A model generated the notes under the pieces. It did no database searches. It was given only the letters and a program-made list of their open reading frames with translations, and had not been told where the DNA came from. Below are positions 49,090 through 64,000 of a DNA stretch of 64,000 nt, piece by piece. The position numbers and the translations under genes were made by a program. How positions within the stretch are numbered: the first letter of the stretch is position 1; the number at the start of each line of letters is the position of its first letter. This DNA comes from Eledone cirrhosa. Lineage: Eukaryota. The DNA lies in contig CAXHJY010000419.1 of the NCBI GenBank assembly GCA_964016885.1, positions 1 to 64,000 of the forward strand. Direction: 5' to 3'.

Positions 49090-49900
49090 ACAGGTGATAT
49101 GAATCTAAAACCTCTACTTGTGTATCATTCGAAGAATTCAAGGGTTATCCAGAATCTAATCTACTTCTGATTTTGGCATTCAAATAAGGCATGGATAACA
49201 AAGAGTCTTTTCAAAGAATGTTTTATAAACATTTTGTTTTACTGTAGAAAGGTACAGTACCAGACTAATGTTTCCAACAAAACATTGCTCGTTTTAGACA
49301 ATGCACTAGGCCACCCAGTGAACTTAAATGATCTTTCTGAAAATGGGAGAGTAAAATATATCCCCAAGAACACAAGTTCTTTGTTCCAGTCTATGGATCA
49401 AAGTGAGATAGTTAGCTTCAAGGCATATTGTCTGAGAACTTTGAAACAACTTATGAAAGTAATTAACAGGAAGAATAAACCTACACCTGGAAAAAAAAGC
49501 TCAACATTGTGGATGCTAAGAATAACATAACTGAGATAAGGGATGAAATGAAACCCTCAGCTATGAATGGTGCTTAGAAAAATATATGGATTTACAAGTG
49601 TTCCACTAGCAGAAAATTTGGAAAGATATTACATAGGCAAATGATGGAGGGATTGAAGAATTCATAGAGGATGATGTGGTTGAGTTGTGGTAGTCCCAGA
49701 GAGAAAGTTTAATTAATGAGGAGATGATGCTGTTAAAAAATGAGCAAGCTGCATGGCAAAGGAAAATATGTAAATTCCATCAACTCTTTAAATTGACTGT
49801 AAAGAATATTGCTAAAGGGTTGGTACTTATAGATGAATGTCTACAAGCTTTTCCTGATAACAATCCTAATTTTTCATGACTGTATAACAGAACAATACTG
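49090..49900 (+). pseudogene. Tigger/pogo transposase relic, DDE and C-terminal half
   Basis: GDMNLKPLLVYHSKN, KTLLVLDNALGHP, YIPKNTSSLFQSMDQ..I.SFKAY. Confidence 0.8.
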
Positions 49901-50237
49901 AAAAATGTGTGCATTGATGTTCTCTCTCTTTCATTCACTACCTCCATCTCTCTCACTATTATATGCAAATGGGAGCCCACATGCTGGCCGCTCCACGGTC
50001 CTGGTGGACAGGATAGAGAAGGCAATCATAGTAGTGGACATAAACATAAAAATGACAAAAATTGGGTTTATAATGAGTTGAGTTCCTATGCCAAGTTGTA
50101 CAAAGAGATGATGCACCATAAACATCAAACAACTTCACCTCTCAAGCAGATGTTGATAATTGTTGATCAACTATAGTGGAGAAGATAGTGTCCCTCCTCC
50201 TCCTCCTATACTTCTTGTAGTGAGAATGTAGATTGAT

Positions 50238-50450
50238 ACGCTGTAATGTGGCCGTGTAGGCAACACGGTAAAAACCTCCCAGCCCCACACTGTAAATGTG
50301 GTTGGTCTTAGGAAGGGCATCCAACTGTAGAAAACCCGCCAGACAGTCCTATGCGAGCAAGACAACCACTCTTGCCTCAAGTGGGAAAACCCCCGTCCAA
50401 ACCCATGCAAGCGTGGAACACGGACGCTAAACCTGATGATGATGATGATG
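50238..50450 (+). mobile_element. short near-identical copy of the 3' end of the RTE LINE at 22636-24950
   Basis: matches 24725-24950 almost base for base, including the (GAT)n tail. Confidence 0.9.
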
Positions 50451-50617
50451 ATTACAATTCTTAAATATTCCCTCATGTATTTCATTTTAATTTTTATGTA
50501 TACATACAGTTGTGTGTGTGTTGAAAAATTATTATTTCTATGCATAAAAGTAATTGTATTACTTGTGTGTTCTCTTTTTTCCAGAAGAATTCTGTTGGAA
50601 TATGTCATGATAACATT

Positions 50618-50749
50618 GTGGATTGGCAGTATTGGTAGAGCGTCAGACACCATGCTTTGCAGCATAGAGTTATGGCCCTTTATGTTCTGAGTTCAAATCT
50701 CACCGAAGTTAGCTTTGCCTTTCATCCTTATGAGGTCAATAAAATAAAG
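50618..50749 (+). mobile_element. family-A SINE, 3'-truncated
   Basis: GGATTGGCAGTATTGGTAGAG...GAGTTCAAATCT...GCCTTTCATCC. Confidence 0.8.
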
Positions 50750-51230
50750 TTGTATTTGCTGCACTTCTAGAAAAGTGCAGTTTCTTCAACATTGTATACT
50801 TGTTCTACCCCTTCAGCTCTATGAGGTTATTAGTAGTAGCCTCCCCATCAGCACTGCCAGGTTCAATAATCTTTTAATGTTATGCAAATTACTTCTTACC
50901 AACCTGTTCTAGCTAGAAAAGATCTTTCATTAGAAGTTTCCCCATCTTTCCCCACAAATTGTCATATAAACTAGCTTTCACTTCAATAACTATCATACTT
51001 AGTGGTACATTACATACAGTTTTTTTCATCAACTCACACACTCAAGTGTTGTTCCATATCAAACATCATATCTGATCTTTTACAAAAAATAATGTCCAAG
51101 CAGTTACCAGAGTAATTGCTTGAGCACATAATTTTCTCTTTACTGTCAAGTATTGTTCCCACGGTAGATGTTGCAAGATTTAATGTTTTAAAACATAGTT
51201 GAATTGTTTCCCTGCATCAAGACATTTTTA
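50750..51230 (-). pseudogene. Tigger/pogo transposase relic, N-terminal half
   Basis: minus strand LNLATSTVGTILDSKEKI (HTH), GSADGEA, EQVYNVEETALF*K (degenerate FNxDETGL motif). Confidence 0.65.
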
Positions 51231-52145
51231 AACATGTCAGCCTGGAATATTTCATTTTATTGACCCTGAAGGGATGAAAGTAAAATTAACCATAGCAGGA
51301 TTTAAACTCAAAATGCAGAGAGTTAGAGACAATGAACGATGGGTGAAGAAATGTCAGGAAATCCTAGTGGAAGGAAGCCACAGTAAAACGACTAAGAAAG
51401 ACCTGGGCAGAGGTTTTGAGAGCTGACCTCAAATCACTAAGATTGGCAGAGGAGATGACAAAGGAATGCAGCAAGTGAAGAGATGCCATGCTGAGAAGGA
51501 CCTGTCCAACCAATGCAAGCATAGAAAAGCAAACGTAAAAAACGATGATGATGATGACAACTGCAAGAAAATTTGACCTACACTCTCATGATTCTGAAGT
51601 AAATGAAAATAGCAAGTATGATGTGTTTGAATGATTTTTAATCTTTCAGACCTATAGGCTGAAGAAAATAGATATAATTCAACCAGAGCAGAGATGTCTG
51701 GGGTACTATATAACTTGAATAGATATAGCCTAATAGATTTATTTATACTTTAAGGGTTGAGAAAACCCTTTAGTCCACCTAGTGTTGATGCCACAAAAAC
51801 ATGCACTCAGTAGACATTGTAAAATGGTTGAAGTAAGGAAAGGCATTCAGTCAAAAACTATGACAAATGAGAAAGATATGATTCTCTGACCCATGTGGTC
51901 TTAGACTGTGATCGCCTGCCCAAGCCATGACGGCATGGAAAACATACAATGATGATGATGATTAGAGATGGAACTAAGGTGTAAATATTAAAAATTATCG
52001 CTAAGACTGGCAGAAGAGATGACAAAGGAACGTAAGGAGTGGCGAGATGCCATGCTGAAAAGGACCTGTCCAACCCATGCAAGTGTGGAAAAATGGATGT
52101 AAAAACAATACTGATGATGTCTCATCTCTAAAGAGAAGATTTCAT

Positions 52146-52333
52146 AATTGTTTCTACTTTAGGCACAAGGCCAGCAATTACCCAGTGCATTACTGGTACT
52201 TTATTTCATCGACCCCGTGAGGATGAAAGGCAAAGTTAACCTCGGCAGGATTTGAACTCAGAATGGCAAGGGACGTAACTCTATGCGTCAAAGCATGGCG
52301 TCCGACCCTCTACCGATACTGCCAATCCCCCGC
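52146..52333 (-). mobile_element. family-A SINE, full length with 14-bp TSD
   Basis: AGAGAAGATTTCAT at 52132-52145 and 52334-52347. Confidence 0.9.
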
Positions 52334-52419
52334 AGAGAAGATTTCATCATAGTCTGTAAAATGATAAGTGTATACTGTCTTTATAGATTTATAGTCTTGT
52401 GCTTATGTTATTATTATCA

Positions 52420-52808
52420 TCTATCTGGCAACTGACTTGGTAGACACCCACAACATTATTAACCATCTGAGCACCTTTTTGAATTCCATGTGTCTAACAT
52501 CAGTGGACATGCTTTCAAAACCAGAAAACAGTACAGCTCCCATTTTTTCATGCTCAGAGTTGCTGAAGCATCGAACAAACTACCAGCATCAGTTGTTAGA
52601 TGTCAGGACACTGCATCCTTCAAAACTTCCATGCTTCCCATAACACTACACCTGATATTCCCCTTCCATACACACGCACGTGCATATATATCATGACTCA
52701 TACACTGTTCACTTTCCTGACTTTTGTATATTATCCTATGTACTATACATGCACTTTTGATGAGTTGTAGTGCACCTGAGCACTGTACACAATAATTTCA
52801 TTATTGTT
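52420..52808 (+). mobile_element. CR1-type LINE 3' end
   Basis: HFFMLRVAEASNKLPASVV...SFK plus 3'UTR shared with 21627-22035. Confidence 0.7.
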
Positions 52809-53666
52809 AGCATTTGACTACAGTAGCAGATGGTCACAATCGTTCTTTACTCATTGCAACTTTCATAATCAGTTGTGGTCCCAAGGTCAACTAATGGTAT
52901 TCAAGTCTCTGGACAGAATTTCAATCTGGAGAAGCTTTAGGTCGAGCCCATAGCAGTGGGGACTTTTGGTGTCCTTGGCCCTAGGACCACCATCAGCATG
53001 GAATTGGCTACCCGCAAGTGTGAGCCTCATGAGCTAGAATGGCCCTTCCAATGCGTTTCCCTCACCATCCTCCAGGGAAACATCTTCTCTATTCTCTCTG
53101 CTGGGACTGCAGGGCGGCCAGCACGTGGGCCCCCATTTGCTTATAATAGTGAGAGATGGAGGCAGTGACTATACTAGCATTGCTGAATTATTTTGCAGAG
53201 TTTATGCACCCGTCTTCCCAGGTCAGTTACCTGTAGGGTACATTTCTCACCTTCTTCAGAATTACTTCCATCCAGATATCTGTTTCTCTACCTCAACTGA
53301 TGGCAATAATTGTAAATGGAATTTTTAATAAAAGACACTGCCTATGATTTTCAAACTATTTTGCTATAGAGATATGTGACAACAGTGAAAAGAAGAGAAA
53401 AAAAGCAGATGTCTGCTTCCTCACATAGAAAACTAAAATAAAAAGTACATTTTATGAACTGTGTGGGTTACTGTATGTTGGAGTAATAGTAAGCAATTCG
53501 GGTGGGTGTGGTTATGTACTTGGGATAGGAAATGAACACTAGTCTCTTGTATGATTATTATGAGTTGCAGCTGAGCGGCTGTGGCCATGCTGGGGCACCG
53601 CCATGTGTTATTCTGCCTTATCTTTATTAGATATTATGTATGTATACATTTATATATATATATATC

Positions 53667-53701
<35 letters not shown>

Positions 53702-53719
53702 ACGTATGTGTCTGGGTGT

Positions 53720-53786
<67 letters not shown>

Positions 53787-53937
53787 AGTGACATTACATC
53801 TCTACATATACAAACACCCATTAAAAACTACAACCCTCACTTATAACAGGCTCATTTACACACTGACACACTCTATACACACTTCATATATACAACAAGC
53901 ACATACATCAAAACTACAATCCTCATTGAATCTTAGT

Positions 53938-54003
<66 letters not shown>

Positions 54004-56267
54004 TTCACACAGAGAAATACATATATTCATATTAGTAGAACGGTCTTTTCCCTTTGATGCTGCTTAATATTTCCACTAGTGGTAGTAGTAGTAGTGGTTG
54101 AAATAGTACGGTGACGAAAGCAGTGGTAACAACAATTGTCTTAAAACTTGAAGTCTAATATTTTAAGGAAGAGTGAGGACGAACGGATGTGGTAGCATTT
54201 ATGCCTCTCCCAAAATTATTTAGCAACGTAAACGAATAAACGAAGGAGGTTATTTAAATTTATTTAAGATAATGAATATCGAAGCAAGAATATTCATAAT
54301 CTCGGCTCGCCAGGGAATTTACCATGGAAAGGAAAATACGAACCAATAATAATTACAACATCGATAATAATAATAATTTGGTTTTAATGAAATTTGGATG
54401 AGAAAGCGTCAAAAGCAATCGCGGTATTAACAACTATAACTTACAGATCTATCAAAAGAGGAAATTCTTTAAATTTGAACGACAAAAAAAAATTCTTGTA
54501 GAGGAGTAGATATTTATTTGATGAAATGTTTCAAAAATGGGCCTTAAATAACATACACACCCTCGTTTAAATATGTGTGTGTGCGCACATAGATGTGTGC
54601 ATGTGCGCGCAGACGTGTGTGTGTGTGCATGTGAAAGTGCGTACATATATAAATGTGTGTGTGTGTAGACACAGACAAAGATTTCTAGATAGAGACAAAC
54701 AGACAGACACACAAATAGACAGTAAGAGAGACATATAGAGAGATGGGGGGGGGGGAGATGAGAAGCGTGTAGTAGTATTTATAGTTCGTCAAAATATCTT
54801 TTCCATAAAATACAAGATATTTTTCGGAGATAAGAGAACATATATATAGAGAGAGAGATAGAGGGGGAGGGGGAATGGCTTCTACAGGACTAGAACTGTT
54901 TCATTCGAAGGAAATCATCAGGAAAGCCTGCTATGTATTGAGTACCTTACTTACTGTGGTTACCCCCATTGAACCCAGGATACACACACACATATATATA
55001 TATATAGTCTATCGATTCTTGATGATCGATCAAAGCTAGATTTTGAACCCACAACGATAAGGTGCAGCAAATGAAAATAAGTCTGACATACCGGGCTTCT
55101 AAGAGCCTTTATTATACGGTATTTAAGATAGTCATAATATATATCATAACAATAGCTTCATTTTAACAGCCACATAGCATCGTTTTCCTATAGGGGGTGG
55201 GGGTAGGATCAGATATGATGTTCAGGATTTTAAAAAAATATTTTATTTCAGAGGAAAGAAAGCTTAAATAGGTGCCGTAAGTGAAAACGGCATTTGAATT
55301 TTGACTTAAGAATCGAATGAAGTGATAATAAACTGAAACGTTCATGGCTTTCCCCCATCACTAGTAGTGGCTAGGAATCGAAACCGCCTCACTAATCAGA
55401 GAGGGGGGGGGGGGCATAAAAAGCGAAGGATTGTGTTGTAGCATTCATGCATTTCCTACGTCTATTAATGATGCGGAGGCGACGAAAAAACTAGGTGAGC
55501 TCACAGAATCTGAAAAGTTAATTCATACAACACCATATACAGTCAGACAAATAGATATATATACAGAGAGAGAGAAAGTTAGTTAGATAGATATATAGAT
55601 AGATACATAAATATTGAGGGGGATGAGACAAACACTATATAGATAGATGGAGACGATAGAAGAGGGAAAGAGAGGGAGTCTCTATTGCATTTAGACAAGT
55701 TAACCCACTTTTGGAATCAAAATAAATCAGCAGTGGAAAGGAGGTGAGAAGTGGAGATGAACGAAATATTTTTACGACAGTCCTAATCAAAGACCAACAT
55801 TTTAACAATTTGGTAGAATATAGTGTATGTATATATGTGCCTATGTATGTATGGGCATATATATATATGTGTCTGTGTATGTATGTAATACTATAATGGA
55901 CTATTCTATATATAGAATGGTTTAATACATACATCTATGTGAATGTGTGTATGACAAGAGAAAGCGACATAGAAAGATATATAGCTGTATATGAGAGATG
56001 AGCAGACATATAGATTGACAATACTTATCAAAACAATACCAATCAGCTGTACACACACTCATTACAATCAACTATATATATATATATACACACACATAGT
56101 GTCTACAATCGTCTATATATATTCACTATTTATAATCGATTATGTATGCGTGTATATATATACACGCATATACATATAGATAAATATGATAGCGCAAGGA
56201 AAAGGGACGCTAACTGGTGATATATATATATATAGTGTATGTGTATATATATATATATATATATACA

Positions 56268-56346
56268 CAGGGTGTCCCAAAAATGAATACACACTTTGAT
56301 TAGAATGCTGTTGAAATGTGTATACATATTTTGGGGAGACACCCTG
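56268..56346. mobile_element. about 80-bp Tc1/mariner-like MITE
   Basis: CAGGGTGTC...GACACCCTG TIRs within a TA tract. Confidence 0.65.
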
Positions 56347-56654
56347 TATATGTAATGTATGTGTGTATATATATATTTATATATATATATATACATAGCA
56401 TCTATGTATGTACATACATACATAGCATCTATGTATATATATGGAATGTACCACACCTTCAACAATAGCAGAGACAGATCAGATCACACTGAACATAAAC
56501 AGCTGAAGAGAAATTCTCTCTCAATCTGTCACTAGTCAGTTAAAGCTTGGTAATAATTGTGACACATTCAGATTATATATATAAAATAATAATAATAAAG
56601 GGTTTTTTTCTAAGTATAGAGTACTAAGGTCTTACTGGTCATAAGCTATAACAT

Positions 56655-58262
<1,608 letters not shown>

Positions 58263-58270
<8 letters not shown>

Positions 58271-60133
58271 CGCTATTTCAGAGCATTTATTCCAATTTCT
58301 AATTTCTGCCGGACCGGCAACCGCTCTTTCAAACCAGTTCCTGTACACAGCTAAGTATTCTATAAGTCTCTAGCTGTGTCATTCTCGATAAAAGCACTGG
58401 ATATGTAGTCCTGATGAATTCTAACAAGAATGAAACGCGTAGACTTACTTCCCTTGCTTTTATCGAGAATCTAATTGTAATACGTGACGTATTCTATTCT
58501 ATAGCGATTAGGTCTTCAAAATGTTTATTGTAAACATACAGAATATTTTCGAATATTCTATGTCTATATTCACATATATATCGCTATTTCAGAGCATTTA
58601 TTCCAATTTCTAATTTCTGCCGGACCGGCAACCGCTCTTTCAAACCAGTTCCTGTACACAGCTAAGTATTCTATAAGTCTCTAGCTGTGTCATTCTCGAT
58701 AAAAGCACTGGATATGTAGTCCTGATGAATTCTAACAAGAATGAAACGCGTAGACTTACTTCCCTTGCTTTTATCGAGAATCTAATTGTAATACGTGACG
58801 TATTCTATTCTATAGCGATTAGGTCTTCAAAATGTTTATTGTAAACATACAGAATATTTTCGAATATTCTATGTCTATATTCACATATATATCGCTATTT
58901 CAGAGCATTTATTCCAATTTCTAATTTCTGCCGGACCGGCAACCGCTCTTTCAAACCAGTTCCTGTACACAGCTAAGTATTCTATAAGTCTCTAGCTGTG
59001 TCATTCTCGATAAAAGCACTGGATATGTAGTCCTGATGAATTCTAACAAGAATGAAACGCGTAGACTTACTTCCCTTGCTTTTATCGAGAATCTAATTGT
59101 AATACGTGACGTATTCTATTCTATAGCGATTAGGTCTTCAAAATGTTTATTGTAAACATACAGAATATTTTCGAATATTCTATGTCTATATTCACATATA
59201 TATCGCTATTTCAGAGCATTTATTCCAATTTCTAATTTCTGCCGGACCGGCAACCGCTCTTTCAAACCAGTTCCTGTACACAGCTAAGTATTCTATAAGT
59301 CTCTAGCTGTGTCATTCTCGATAAAAGCACTGGATATGTAGTCCTGATGAATTCTAACAAGAATGAAACGCGTAGACTTACTTCCCTTGCTTTTATCGAG
59401 AATCTAATTGTAATACGTGACGTATTCTATTCTATAGCGATTAGGTCTTCAAAATGTTTATTGTAAACATACAGAATATTTTCGAATATTCTATGTCTAT
59501 ATTCACATATATATCGCTATTTCAGAGCATTTATTCCAATTTCTAATTTCTGCCGGACCGGCAACCGCTCTTTCAAACCAGTTCCTGTACACAGCTAAGT
59601 ATTCTATAAGTCTCTAGCTGTGTCATTCTCGATAAAAGCACTGGATATGTAGTCCTGATGAATTCTAACAAGAATGAAACGCGTAGACTTACTTACTTAC
59701 TTCCCTTGCTTTTATCGAGAATCTAATTGTAATACGTGACGTATTCTATTCTATAGCGATTAGGTCTTCAAAATGTTTATTGTAAACATACAGAATATTT
59801 TCGAATATTCTATGTCTATATTCACATATATATCGCTATTTCAGAGCATTTATTCCAATTTCTAATTCTGCCGGACCGGCAACCGCTCTTTCAAACCAGT
59901 CCTGTACACAGCTAAGTATTCTATAAGTCTCTAGCTGTGTCATTCTCGATAAAAGCACTGGATATGTAGTCCTGATGAATTCTAACAAGAATGAAACGCG
60001 TAGACTTACTTCCTTGCTTTTATCGAGAATCTAATTGTAATACGTGACGTATTCTATTCTATAGCGATTAGGTCTTCAAAATGTTTATTGTAAACATACA
60101 GAATATTTTCGAATATTCTATGTCTATATTCAC
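58263..60133 (+). repeat. 6 x 311-bp tandem array, each monomer with a hammerhead ribozyme (retrozyme-like)
   Basis: CTGATGA cores at 58411, 58722, 59033, 59344, 59655 and 59972. Confidence 0.95.
58381..58470 (+). ncRNA. type I hammerhead ribozyme (first of 6 copies), predicted cleavage after GUA at 58441
   Basis: AGTC-CTGATGA-ATTCT(AACA)AGAAT-GAAA-CGCG-TA-GACT, enclosed by the 16-bp perfect stem ATTCTCGATAAAAGCA/TGCTTTTATCGAGAAT. Confidence 0.88.

Positions 60134-64000
<3,867 letters not shown>

Overview
AT-rich, repeat-dense animal genomic DNA, probably an octopus/cephalopod (inferred from the SINE families and long (TA)n tracts). The only host gene is CYFIP/Sra-1 (WAVE regulatory complex subunit) on the minus strand. 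It has 16 coding exons from 30285 down to 10611, all GT-AG and phase-consistent, giving 713 codons; the gene runs off the left edge through an intron filled by a >10.5 kb array of a 27-bp satellite. The rest is RTE, CR1 and CRE-like LINE fragments, several tRNA-derived SINE families, MITEs, a broken Tigger/pogo relic and mini/microsatellites. The most notable observation is at 58.26-62.45 kb. Two unrelated tandem arrays (6 x 311 bp on +; about 3.7 x 465 bp on -) sit in (TA)n tracts, and every complete monomer carries a type I hammerhead ribozyme motif with a palindromic stem III. The two ribozymes show compensatory base changes, and the second array ends 1 nt from its predicted self-cleavage site. 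This suggests retrozyme or Penelope-LTR-like self-cleaving RNAs that were recently retrotransposed. The giant ORFs in the track (7..10575 and the YI-rich ones) are repeat artefacts.
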